A stretch of DNA of 48,753 bases from contig NC_069002.1 of the NCBI RefSeq assembly GCF_001194135.2, positions 638,352 to 687,104 on the forward strand. Reading direction: 5' to 3'. Source of the DNA: Octopus bimaculoides. Taxonomy: Eukaryota. How positions within the stretch are numbered: the stretch's first letter is position 1; each line of letters opens with the position of its first letter. The translations under genes and the position numbers were made by a program. Shown here piece after piece: positions 36,270-48,753 of this stretch. The notes beneath the pieces were generated by a model, which was not told where the DNA came from, did not search any database, and saw nothing but the letters and a program-made list of their open reading frames with translations.

Positions 36270-36600
36270 CTTTTAGTGGAGTACAGTGGAGTACAGTGGA
36301 GTACATTCCACCGAAGTGCGTCCACCCAATCGATCGAATTTTTAAGTCTCCATCAAAATATAGACGGCATTCCAAGAAGTACATGTAGCACTCTAAATAG
36401 TAGGTAAAGCATTTTAAAAAGCGTACATGTAACGCACTTATTGAGTACGTGGGAATACATGTGGCACTCCAAAAGAACGAGTGTGGAACTCTCAAGGAGT
36501 GCATTTGACTCATCCAGTGAGTAGAGGCATCACTCCTAAAAAATACATGTGGCGCTCCAAGGATATTTCATACTCCTTGGAAGTATACATGTAACTCTCA
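36270..36600. repeat. Degenerate minisatellite built on GGAGTACATGTGGCACTCC-like units
   Basis: (GGAGTACAGT)x3 at about 36278, and TACATGT..CACTC units at about 36375, 36420, 36455, 36540 and 36585. Confidence 0.6.
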
Positions 36601-36825
36601 TTTGGTATTGTCACCTTTCCGTTAGTTAAAAGTCCACATTATCGCAGTCGACTCTATATGAGAGGGAGTAGAGATGATACTCCCATGGCGTGTATCTGAC
36701 ATTCTGTCTCATTACACTCGTTCAGACGGACAAAAAGCCAAGCAGACAGACCGTGAAATGGGGAGACAACCAGAGGACACGCACAACCAGACTAACCAGA
36801 TTGCTAGATGGGCAGACACACAGAC

Positions 36826-36828
36826 CCA

Positions 36829-36870
<42 letters not shown>
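36826..36870. repeat. (CAGC)n microsatellite
   Basis: Direct reading. Confidence 0.9.
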
Positions 36871-36871
<1 letters not shown>

Positions 36872-37639
36872 ACGAATGTATGAATGGTGGCGACCTCCAA
36901 CACACAGGTTGTCTTTCCATCTTACACCTCTTTAAACAAAAAGCAGTGGCGGGCTTCATTTAAAATCCATCGATTGCATAGTTTACCAAAATACAAAATA
37001 GAAAAGAAAAAAAAATCGCAAAAAAAATAAAAAGTAAAACTAGAAAATACAAGAACAAACAATCAGAGAATCGAGAGTAAATTACAGATTGCAATTAGTG
37101 ACGTGTAAACAAATTAGTTTTAGGATCTTTTGAAGGGGATTTTGTTTTTTAGTGTATGTTAAAAGGGGTTACAAGATGTAAGTGTGCGGTGTTGGTGAAG
37201 GAGAGGGAGATGGCGACAGCGGGAAGATGTTATGTTAGCAGTGTGCTTTGTTTGTTGTTGTTTGTGTCCAACTACACTCCTCCACCACCCACCACCACCA
37301 CACATACATCCTTTGGTGGGGGGTTGGGATGGAAGTATGAAGGAAAGGAGAGAAAGGTGTTGTGTCTGATTCGGTGATTGTTTTCTATGTAAGGATGTGG
37401 GTGGGAGTGTGTGTGGGAGGTGGGGTGGGGGTATTTCAGGCTTGTTTTGTCTAACATTTCTTTATTATAGTTATTTATTCGTTTGTTTGTCTATATTTCA
37501 AAGTCTATTTTAAATTTTTGTCATTGTTAAAATTTTCATTGAATTGTGTTACTTCCACATGTGTTCTACAAAGACGTACATTATATATATGTGCGTGTAC
37601 ATGTATGTATATATGTGTATATGTATGTATATATGTATG

Positions 37640-37681
<42 letters not shown>

Positions 37682-38945
37682 AATACATGTGCGTGCGTTT
37701 GTTGTGTATTCATGTGTACACACATACATATTACGCACATGATTGAATATATATATATACACAAACATGCCTGTGTGTGTCTATGAATGTACTTTTGTCA
37801 CATGTATGTGTGTGCGTGTGTACGTATATACATCTATGCGTAGTTTTATCGTATACATGTGTTTGTGTATCTGTTTGTGTGTGTGCATATAAGTAAATAA
37901 GTTGATAAATGAGAATGATATTTTTTTAACAGAAATTGTCTCTTTTGTCGGCATGATGACACAAACTCGGAATGTTTAATAAATATTTTAGCGTGCTTTG
38001 TGGTTATGAATAATTTTTCTGCTGTACACGGATGAATGGTGGTTGACATCTGCTTGTGGAATATCAGTCACTTTGACATAAACTAGTGTTAGGTAAGGTT
38101 TAACACGTCAGATTCCAAATATGATTTGCGAGTATTTTCTCTGGATATTTCTAAAAAGTATAATTGCGTTGATTGTCCCTAATTTTTAATAGGTTTCGTC
38201 CTAAACCGATCTAACGGATGTCATACGTTTTCAGGTTAGTTATATCCGTAGCAGAGTAACAAATTGCTCAAGACATTTGCCATTCAGTGGACAGAGATTT
38301 AGCAAGTGGCAAATATACTTTGCGTGTTGCTACTATTCAGGTTTGTACGATATATTATTGTTTTCATTGTCAATAAATAACATAATTCTAACAAAGTTAT
38401 GGAGTATTTAACAAGACACAGTGGATAAGATTAAATGGACTAAGGGTTAAAATCTTAATGTGTTAAGGTTTAAAATCCTAAGCGTGCAATGTTTAAGAAT
38501 ATTTTCCTATCTGGGTACTAACGCTAAGCGAATAAGGAGGGTCAAACCACAATGACTTCTTTCCTGATTTTTCTTCATATCCCGGATGGGTTTCAAATAA
38601 ATTGTTTTTTAAAAAATATTTTCTTGCTAGTGCACTATTAAATTTGTTAGCTACCAAATTGAATGAAGTTTAGTTGTAAGGGATGGCAGAAGTGTATTCA
38701 TTTAAATTTCTTTAGGATTCTTGCCAGACGGTTGGAAATATGATTTATATATAATAATCATTTAGTTGAGATTAGTATTGACTTGTGTTAATCTAGGTGA
38801 AATATTACCGGTAAGTTAATAAAACACTGACAATTAATGTTTAGCAGGTATTTTAAAATATAACAGAAACTTCAACGATAATTATAAACATAACAATGTA
38901 AATAATTATCATTCTCTACATAAATGAACTTTCGTGTATTTCGTT

Positions 38946-38994
38946 CACGTTACCTGATGAGCCTGTAATAGGTGAAGCTCCGAGTTGAGATGTG
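38946..38994 (+). ncRNA. Decayed type I hammerhead motif
   Basis: CACGTTAC-CTGATGA-GCCT-GTAAT-AGGT-GAAG-CTCCGAG-TT-GAGATGTG. The CUGAUGA core is perfect, but C11.1>T and A15.1>G have changed. Stem I pairs at 7 of 8 positions including wobbles. Confidence 0.6.
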
Positions 38995-39320
38995 ATATGG
39001 ACAACTTCAGCGAACGATAAGCAAATATACTCGTATGTATAAATCTTATCTAACAAACGAAAGGGTATATTACCTGACGTAGCGCCTACTTATAAAGTGT
39101 TGTCTGAAGGCTCACATTGAGCGAGTAACTCTGATCGGAGACAGAGTAAATCCTCAGCCTCATGCATGCGCGTATGCACCACCCCACGCACACTCATTCA
39201 TGCTCATGTACAAGCATTGGTTCATCTACGTAATATTGTAGTATGAATATGAATGCCCTCATATGTATATATGCTTGGGTGTGTATAATGTATATACATA
39301 CCTACATACATATATAATAT

Positions 39321-39399
39321 ATATATAATGTACATTATATATATACACATGTACATGTGTGTATATATATATATATATGTATATAAACACACATGTACA

Positions 39400-39489
<90 letters not shown>

Positions 39490-39503
39490 AACACACATGT
39501 ACA

Positions 39504-39545
<42 letters not shown>
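39321..39545. repeat. Compound (TA)n array with GTAC-centred palindromes
   Basis: Perfect palindromes at 39321-39342, 39345-39360, 39387-39406 and 39491-39510. Confidence 0.85.
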
Positions 39546-39547
<2 letters not shown>

Positions 39548-39765
39548 TACGTGCGCGTGTTTGTGTGTGAGTGTGTGCATGTGTATGCAACGCATATATA
39601 GATAGAAAGATAAATGGATATGTGCGTCTTTGATATGCAAAACTGGTGATGTGTAAGAAGGAAGCTCCACACAAGACAGATCTTCTGCATTCTACATGAC
39701 AATACAATGTATAGAATTAGGGAAAATAAAAGACAAAAGACAAAAGGGGGAATGTGAGAGGGAGG

Positions 39766-39800
<35 letters not shown>

Positions 39801-40540
39801 AGTGAGGGAGAGAAATTATGTTGGTGTACTTAATAACATTTAAGAAAGTTTTCGATGATGTTGAAGTGAACAATGAAAGGAAGAAAAAAGGACTTAAGAA
39901 TGTGAGACGAAAGTTAGATGGGTATATAGGGGCAATTAGAGACGATAAAGAGACTGGGATAAATAGAAGGGTATCGGGGGAAGGAAGGAAGGAAGAAAGG
40001 GAGGAATGAATAAGGGAATGGAGAGGGAAAGAAAAGGGAGAGGGGTTAGTTTTGAAGATGAAGGTAGGACGTGAAACGAAAGATAGATGTAAGAGTAGAG
40101 GGGTATGGAGAAAATGGGAAAGTGAGGAGGAAATAGAAATAAAGAAGGAAAGAAAGAAGGGGAATGAAGGTATCGGATGGAGAAGAGGCTGGATGGAAAA
40201 CGAAGAGATGTTGTGGAGACGATGTCGTCTAATTTACAAGACGATGATCGTAGAATGTGCGAGGAAAGGGTATGAACGGTGGTGGTGGCGGTTATGAGAT
40301 GTATGTGCATGTGTGGGTGGGGTGACAAGCAAATATGGAGGTCGTAGGAAGAAAGAAAGGAAATTTGAAAGAAAGACGTGAAGAAAGGAAGGAATAAAAG
40401 AGAATGAAATCAGGGAATAAGGTAAGAAGGAAAATTAGGAATAGAAGAGAGAGAAATATTTCAGAGAAAGATGAAAGCAAAATCTTACATAGGTCACCAC
40501 AAAAACACTAGAAATAGCAGCTAAAACTACCTCTTCTCCA

Positions 40541-40717
40541 GGTAAGTAGCTTGCTTACCAACCACATGGTTCCGGGTTCAGTCCCACTGTGTGGCACCTT
40601 GGGCAAGTGTCTTCTATAGCCTCGGGCCGACCAAAGCCTGGTAGACGGAAATTGAAAGAAGCCCGTCGTATATATGTATATGTATGTGTGTGTATATGTT
40701 TGTGTGTCTCGCGTGTC
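40541..40717 (+). mobile_element. 5' half of SINE family B (OR2-like CORE-SINE) with the A-box lost; the tail probably lies in the gap
   Basis: GGTAAGTAGCTTGCTTACCAACCACATGGTTCCGGGTTCAGTCCC (B-box), CORE-like GTGGCACCTTGGGCAAGTGTCTT, then GAAAGAAGCCCGTCG and a microsatellite. Confidence 0.9.
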
Positions 40718-41186
40718 NNNNNNNNNNNNNNNNNNNNNNNNNNNNNNNNNNNNNNNNNNNNNNNNNNNNNNNNNNNNNNNNNNNNNNNNNNNNNNNNNNN
40801 NNNNNNNNNNNNNNNNNNNNNNNNNNNNNNNNNNNNNNNNNNNNNNNNNNNNNNNNNNNNNNNNNNNNNNNNNNNNNNNNNNNNNNNNNNNNNNNNNNNN
40901 NNNNNNNNNNNNNNNNNNNNNNNNNNNNNNNNNNNNNNNNNNNNNNNNNNNNNNNNNNNNNNNNNNNNNNNNNNNNNNNNNNNNNNNNNNNNNNNNNNNN
41001 NNNNNNNNNNNNNNNNNNNNNNNNNNNNNNNNNNNNNNNNNNNNNNNNNNNNNNNNNNNNNNNNNNNNNNNNNNNNNNNNNNNNNNNNNNNNNNNNNNNN
41101 NNNNNNNNNNNNNNNNNNNNNNNNNNNNNNNNNNNNNNNNNNNNNNNNNNNNNNNNNNNNNNNNNNNNNNNNNNNNNNNNNNNNNN

Positions 41187-41240
<54 letters not shown>

Positions 41241-41713
41241 ACATATATATATGCATATATGTGTATGTGTACATATATATAAATACATATCCATATATAT
41301 ATATATGTGTGTGTGTATTATATATGTACGCATGTACACACACACACACACACACACGTGTATGTATACGGAGAAAAACAGCAAGAGAGTGACAGAGAGA
41401 AAAGAGAAGTATGTGTCTAAATATATAATTGTACCTATATTGATACACACATACACACACATAGATATTATGCATAGACGTTCACATACACTCACATTCC
41501 TCAGTATATGTATATTTACGTAAATACTGCATACACACACACACACGCACGCACTCTCTCTCTCATACACACATACACACATTAATATACATCAGCCTTC
41601 AACATGAGATGCAACACCAAAGCCATCTCAGTTCGCCGTCTCCAGCCGGCCCAACTCCCACTCAGTGTTCCAAGCGGTAGGGTTTTCAATTCCTTTCTAA
41701 AGAATCAGTCAAA

Positions 41714-41970
41714 TATTGGTTTCCAATTTTGGCACAATTTTGGGGTGGTGTAAATCGCCTTCAGAATTATTTAACTATTGGTTTCGAATTTTAAAATCAA
41801 GGCCAGCAATTTCATAGTGTGAATCGATTACATCGACCCCAGTGGTCAACTGGCACTTATTTTATTGATCCCGAGAGGATGAAAGGCAAAGTCGACTTCG
41901 GTGGAATTTGAACTCAGAATGCCGCTAAGCATTTCGCCTTGTGTGCTAACGATTCTGCCAATTCACCGCC
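41714..41970 (-). mobile_element. SINE family A (41776-41970) with an extra short tail copy (41714-41759)
   Basis: ATCGATTACATCGACCCCAGTGGTCAACTGG..GAAAGGCAAAGTCGACTTCGGTGGAATTTGAACTCAGAA..GTGCTAACGATTCTGCCAATTCACCGCC. Confidence 0.9.
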
Positions 41971-42072
41971 AAAAGAATTAGTTAAATATTGACTGTTCTT
42001 TCCTCAAACAAAGATCTTTGACTTAGCAAAACAAATCCAATCTCATTGTATATAGAAATGGACGACGGCTTC

Positions 42073-42375
42073 TGTTACTGTTATCGTTTAGAGCAGGGCC
42101 ATCCCAGGTGGAGCAGACCTACAAAGGATCAGAGACGTTCCACTTATAGCTGTCACCGTATTTTCGGTCAGGTCATGCTGGAGTCCCTTGATGATCAACG
42201 CCGTTATATCCGTGACGACCCCTTTTTGATTTAAGATATAAGCGTATTACTATCTTGGATTACGTTTTCGTATGCAATCTTTCTTCTCGAAATTTAATTA
42301 AAGAAGGTAAGGTGTAATTAGAGGGAGATTTGGTTATTATTTCTAGTAGGTTATTCGACCGTATAGAGACTTCTC
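42073..42375 (-). mobile_element. SINE-like family D, full length with an internal insertion
   Basis: GAGCAGACCTAC..GACGTTCCA..GAGGGAGATTTGGTTATTATTTCTAGTAGG..CGACCGTATAGAGAC. Confidence 0.7.
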
Positions 42376-42808
42376 GTATGGATTTATTGATTAATCGTAA
42401 TAAATTTAATAGCTTCTAACTTGAATATGTAACAATTAAACACAATAATATATATATATATATATAAACAAACAAGTGTGTGATGGTATATATATAAAGC
42501 TTTCTGTTATTTGCAATAAATTAGCTCATAATGGTTCATAATCGTTTCTGTTTTAAATAAGAAACAATTATTTATCTGACTTGTAGAAGTTAGTGCAATG
42601 CATGGCCCAGCTAGGGTCTCACGAGAGAAGGTGATATATAGCAGACTTGGTTGGTAGTGAGAGAGAGAGAGAGAGAAAGAAAGAGGGTGAGAGACTGAGA
42701 AATTTATTGAAAGACTGTGAAATAGAGCGAGAGAGAATATTTAAAAGAGAGAGAGAGAGTAAGGAGAGAAAGGGAGAGAGATAGAGGAAATAAGTGAAAG
42801 AGACAGTG

Positions 42809-42865
<57 letters not shown>

Positions 42866-43042
42866 TTTGACAGTGAGAGTGAGAGATCGATTGATCGATA
42901 GATAAACAGAGAAATAGATAAAGAAAAAGAGAGTGATTTAGAAAGAGAAAGTATGAAGATATACATATAAGAGAGTGAGAGATTGTCAGGTAGAAAGGGA
43001 AAAATAGACAAAGAGAAGTAGAAAGGTTTAAAAAGAGAGATA

Positions 43043-43073
<31 letters not shown>

Positions 43074-44738
43074 TGTGTGTGTGTGTGTTAGTGAAAGTTT
43101 GGGAGTGGCAGAGATAGAGAAAGAATGATAAAATAGATAGATAGAGAAAGAGAGAGAGAGAGAAAGTGAGAGAGAAAAGGAGAGAGAGAAAGTAAGAGAG
43201 AGAGAAAGCGAGAGAGAATGATTCCAGTCTTAGACCAAAAAGGACGTGTTAGAACAAAGTAGGTCTTTGAAATAAGGAGGTAGGAGAGATTCTTACCTAA
43301 ATGGCTCCGTCTCACATAAGGAGTCAAGTCTGAAATAGAGAGTTAGGCGTTGATAAGGAGTCATGTTTGTATTTTAGATAAATTATTAATATTATTATTG
43401 TTATTATTATTTATTATAGATATTGTTGTTGTTATTGTTACGTTTCAGCCATTATCATTGCAATTTATAATGCTAATAAAAAATAATTAAAAAAAAACAT
43501 GAAGAATTTTTCTTTCTTGAAACAAGAATCAAGTGCATCTGGGTGAACATGCAGAAAAAAAAGTGTTCAAGGTTAAGGGGGAAAAAATGTGCAAAGGGTT
43601 TTATCGTTATTATTATTATTATTATTATTATTATGATTAATATTTATTTTCCTGGAGCAAAAAAAAAAACAGAAGAATTTATTAAGACTGTTTTTGATGA
43701 AAGAATTAGGTCTTAACAAAAATATAGGCTGATTCTCACTCCTCCATTCCACTTGCCCTCTTTTTACCGTTTTGTTGTTTCATCATCACTATCATCATCA
43801 TCGTCATCATCATCATCCTCAGCATCATCATCATCTTCAGTATCAATATCAACAGCATTATAGACTCCATTACAAGAACAATGACAAAGATGAGGTGGGG
43901 TTTGGGCTGGGCTGGTGAGTGGGGTGTGAGGGAGGGGGTGGGGGGTGAAAGTAGAAACATGAAAACAAAGTGTGAACACAGGTGTCGCTGGTATTGGGTT
44001 TACACGTGAATGTTGGTTGCACGAGTACACACACACACACACACATATGTTGATACATATATATATATACAGATATATAAATACTTGTATACATACATAC
44101 ATACATACATATATAGGTATATTTATACATATACATACATATGTATATATATACTATATATAAATATATACACTGTGTCTATATATATGTATATATACTG
44201 TGTACATACACACACATATATGCAGATATAAACATGTAGAGTTATATCTCCATATTCGTACGCACACATATTTGTATATATCTGTATATATATATANNNN
44301 NNNNNNNNNNNNNNNNNNNNNNNNNNNNNNNNNNNNNNNNNNNNNNNNNNNNNNNNNNNNNNNNNNNNNNNNNNNNNNNNNNNNNNNNNNNNNNNNNNNN
44401 NNNNNNNNNNNNNNNNNNNNNNNNNNNNNNNNNNNNNNNNNNNNNNNNNNNNNNNNNNNNNNNNNNNNNNNNNNNNNNNNNNNNNNNNNNNNNNNNNNNN
44501 NNNNNNNNNNNNNNNNNNNNNNNNNNNNNNNNNNNNNNNNNNNNNNNNNNNNNNNNNNNNNNNNNNNNNNNNNNNNNNNNNNNNNNNNNNNNNNNNNNNN
44601 NNNNNNNNNNNNNNNNNNNNNNNNNNNNNNNNNNNNNNNNNNNNNNNNNNNNNNNNNNNNNNNNNNNNNNNNNNNNNNNNNNNNNNNNNNNNNNNNNNNA
44701 TATATATACACACACGCATACATACATACATACATACA

Positions 44739-44797
<59 letters not shown>

Positions 44798-45176
44798 ATG
44801 TATGTATAGACGTAACAGTGACAAGTTGAAGAAAAAGTACTCAATACCAAAGGTGCAATATCGATCATTTCAAATCGCTGAAACCAAACTGACTGGACTG
44901 AAACATTTCCACAGGCAGCCATATTGCACCTGGTTCACCAGTCAGCCTTTGTGTTGATTCCGAAGTGCTTCACTGACCATAGTCAGTGTAATATATGGAC
45001 GTGTTGGAACAATCATACCAATCTCAGTCCTTACATCTGTCTGGTATCTATTTCAACAATCGCTGAATTATATATATCGACATTTTTCTCCCAAATTCAA
45101 TCACTGTTCTACTTTGTATTGCTTTACGCAAACAAACTAAACACACATGCATATAAACACACGCATACATACACAC

Positions 45177-45242
<66 letters not shown>

Positions 45243-45630
45243 GTTATACATCGCTGGTCACAATGCGCTTTCAATTCTTAAGTAATTGCACCTGTCTTTT
45301 GTATGTTGTCTCCAATCGTTTAATTGTAGAGGGAAGGAAATATATAAAAAGATGCAGGAGAGAGAGATGGTCCTCTGTTGGTCTGAGTTTAGGATACTTA
45401 AGCCCAAGATTGGTTGCACAATGACAAAATGTATATAGAAGACCACAGAAAACCTTCAGCAACCACTTTAGTTGATTAGGAATGAGTGAAATGTCGCCTA
45501 TTCGGGTCTGTGAAATTGACAATGGCCTCAAGCTGATAATGAATAGAGCAAAGTGCTCAGGGAAGCGAACTTATATTATTATTATTATATTTATTATTAT
45601 TATTATCATCATCATCATCATTATTATTAC

Positions 45631-45940
45631 TGTGGCCTGGTGGTTTAGGTGTTGCATTCCCGATCACGAAATTGTGGGTTCGATAACCGGACGGCGCGTT
45701 ATTTTCTTGAGCAAAACACGTTCATTTCACGTTGCTCTGCGATCACTTCGACACCTGACGTGTGATGTCAGACTTGTGCACCTGTGCAGACGATGTCGAC
45801 ATTGGAGTGAGAGGGAGAGCGCACAGTACATACATTTGATCACTGCAAACAAGTCGTACTTTTGTGAAGGGCGTTCAACAGATGCTGGACACGACTCGTA
45901 CGTCGTCTCCGATGGGAAAGTGCATCATCATCATCATCAT
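45631..45940 (+). mobile_element. tRNA-derived SINE family C, full length with a (CAT)n tail
   Basis: A-box TGGCCTGGTGG (45633-45643), B-box GGTTCGATAACC (45677-45688), CORE-like TTCTTGAGCAAAACAC and a (CAT)n 3' tail. Confidence 0.85.
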
Positions 45941-46482
45941 CGTTATTATTATTATTATTATTGTTATTATTATTACATACTGAATGATTTAATCTGCTTG
46001 TCTGAAGCATCCGTAAAGAATAACATGGATGGATTCTACCCAAAAGCAGGATGAAGGCTATCACTGTTTTTACCGGCAAACAATAAATAAGGCCGTCGCG
46101 AAACGAGAAGAAAAAGAAAAGAAAGGAGAAAGTGAACGAAAAAGAAAAACAAGAATCCGATTCCTTTACTTTATTTTTGGTAATAGTTGTTCCAAAGTTC
46201 AGAACTCAGAAATGAATATGATTAAGACAATTCGAGTGAGAGGAGTCAGCTGTCAAAATGGACCACACAAAACAAAAGCAAACCACAATAAACAAACAAA
46301 CAACGAAGAAAACAAAAAGACTTAACGTAGGAATGAAAAAAAAAGAAAAGGAGAAAAAGAAAGGAAGAAAGCAAGGAAGAGAAAGAAAGAAAGCGTGGAA
46401 GAAAAAGAAAGAAAGATAGAGATTGGATGATTGAAAGGAAATTTGTCATAATTGATCTATGGCACTGTCAGAGGGTGCTGTG

Positions 46483-46519
<37 letters not shown>

Positions 46520-46959
46520 GCAGCAGCAACAGCAACAACAATACTAACAACGACAGCATTAATACATTGTTATCAATCGAAGAAAACAAAATTAAGCAAA
46601 ACACACAGACACACACACACACACACACACAAGAAAATAAGTAAATAAAATCAAAATGAAAGTGAAGTAAATAAATAAATATGTAAAAAAAAAACAGAAA
46701 AAGATAAAAATGAAAAATAAAAATGTAAAAAACGAAGTCAATAAATAAATAAATTCTTTGGAAAAATTAAAAAACAAACCAAATAAACCGACTCTTGAGA
46801 ATAGAAAGAAATGGTAGAATTCGTTTAAGATATGCAAATTTATTCGCCATTTTCAATAGTTTGTAAACAGTTCATTCGGGGTGGTTTCAGGGTGGTTAAG
46901 AGGGTGGTTTGGAGGTGTTAACATGTTTTCACAATGGCCTCCACAAATAAATGAGTTAA

Positions 46960-47530
<571 letters not shown>

Positions 47531-47987
47531 GCATATATAAACTAATTTGCTTCTATTAAGCACACTTTTTGGTCAATTGGTTAATAGCTCTCAAACATAT
47601 AACTTTCCGGTTCTTTAAGAGAAATCCCAGTTGGACATTTCACGGTTCAGTGCCGTTCACAAATCTATTTTAAAAATACATATGACGGGGACAATACCGT
47701 TTACCATATTTCGGTAATTCCATAAGCAGTACAAACTGGGCAGTATACGGAAGAAGGTATAAGTCAAGGACGGACGATTTGGTCAGCTATTAAACGTGTT
47801 CTCACGCCACCTCGCCCTTACTTTAAACACCATTGGGACTCTGGCACATTTTGACCTTCATTCATGAATTGTCGATTCCCCTCTTTTCCTTTCTCTCTCA
47901 TTCCAGCTCCAGAATTCTGAGTTTCATACATTTTCCCTCTCCACTACTCTCCATGGCTGTCTGTCTGCCTGCCTGTCTATACACCCC

Positions 47988-48034
<47 letters not shown>

Positions 48035-48240
48035 GCATATGCCTATACATATACATTTATATCCGTCTCAGCAGTTCCTTCTTACTCCCCACATGGTCTT
48101 TTTCAGGTCTTTTTATCATTCATTTGTCCTCATCCTAAGCGGCAAAATTATTCCCTGTCTTTATATGTCTCGTTCAGTCTATATCTATATCTGTGAACTT
48201 GTGTCTCTGTCTGTCTGTCTTCTATCTCTCTCTCTCTCCT

Positions 48241-48557
48241 CACTGTATGTGGCCGAGTATTATCCTGATGGGAGAACACCTTTCGTCTTGATATCAAAAA
48301 TGGTCGTTTTTCTTCTAGCGTTGGCGTCGATGAATGATTGAATGACCAAATTCAAGCTTCTCTGTTAGTTCCTCAACGGTTACAATGGGATTTTGTTCCA
48401 CCAGGGTTCGCAGGACGTCCTCGTCGAGCTCTACAGCTCTTCCAAGACAATGCTTATCTTCTAGGCTGTAGTTTCCGGCTCGGAATTTCTGGTGCCGTCG
48501 TTGACACAGTCTTATGCTTATTGTCCGATCCCCATAGACTGCATTATTATTCCTCAC
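48241..48557 (-). pseudogene. Mariner transposase pseudogene (helix-turn-helix region fused out of frame to the second catalytic Asp motif)
   Basis: 48557-48315 gives RNNNAVYGDRTISIRLCQRRHQKFRAGNYSLEDKHCLGRAVELDEDVLRTLVEQNPIVTVEELTEKLEFGHSIIHR (mariner DNA-binding domain). 48318-48241 in another frame gives LEEKRPFLISRRKVFSHQDNTRPHTV (compare mariner HDNARPH). Confidence 0.9.
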
Positions 48558-48643
48558 ACTTTTATAGCAAGTTTATCCCGTGCCCCTCCGACTTTTAGTT
48601 CATGCTATTGAAAAAACCGGATTATTTATGGGATGACCCAATA
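48241..48643 (-). mobile_element. Mariner (Tc1/mariner) element remnant: 5' terminal inverted repeat plus two transposase fragments
   Basis: The TIR on the minus strand is TA-TTGGGTCATCCCATAAATAAT (48643 downward), followed by transposase-like coding pieces. No 3' TIR is seen. Confidence 0.9.
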
Positions 48644-48670
48644 TTTGCACATATGTATCCACGTGCACAT

Positions 48671-48706
<36 letters not shown>

Positions 48707-48753
48707 AAAGATAAACAGATCAATACATACATACATACATACATATATATATA

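Noticed and set aside
36270-36600. CRISPR-like repeat-spacer appearance
   Set aside because: Eukaryotic context, non-identical units, irregular spacing and no cas genes.
38440-38452. TAAGGGTTAA resembling a piggyBac end with a TTAA target
   Set aside because: No matching opposite terminal repeat was found in the window.
43895-43945. G-quadruplex-capable G-runs (also 2876-2905 and 37395-37432)
   Set aside because: Expected by-products of G-rich simple repeats, with nothing indicating function.
45631-45700. Possible tRNA gene (A and B boxes)
   Set aside because: It continues into a CORE-like body and (CAT)n tail and has a second dispersed copy, so it is a SINE head. No clean cloverleaf was seen.
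47695-47735. Minus-strand CTGCTTA-TGG-AATTA-CC-GAAATATG
   Set aside because: Two core substitutions, no valid cleavage triplet and no stem I.

Overview
This is eukaryotic, AT-rich, microsatellite-saturated non-coding DNA with 14 N-gaps totalling about 4.8 kb. The tRNA-derived SINE families and the (TA)n/(CA)n/(AG)n/(TATC)n landscape look like an octopus (coleoid cephalopod) genome. That is inferred from recalled repeat sequences, not a database search. Almost every ORF in the supplied track is a translated microsatellite or gap, and I find no convincing host gene. The only recognisable protein is a deleted mariner transposase remnant at 48241-48643 (minus strand). The window also holds four SINE-like families, hAT-type MITEs and a near-perfect fold-back inverted repeat with ~260-bp arms at 33306-33893. 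The most interesting signal is about 10 type-I hammerhead-ribozyme-like motifs from several apparently unrelated small repeat families. One has an essentially intact core (35312-35393, minus). One sits in a 152-bp tandem unit like a retrozyme monomer (1-233). Three, from two families, share an unusual A6U core variant. All ribozyme calls are by-eye folds and need covariance-model and cleavage tests. Family labels A-D, F and H are my own working names.
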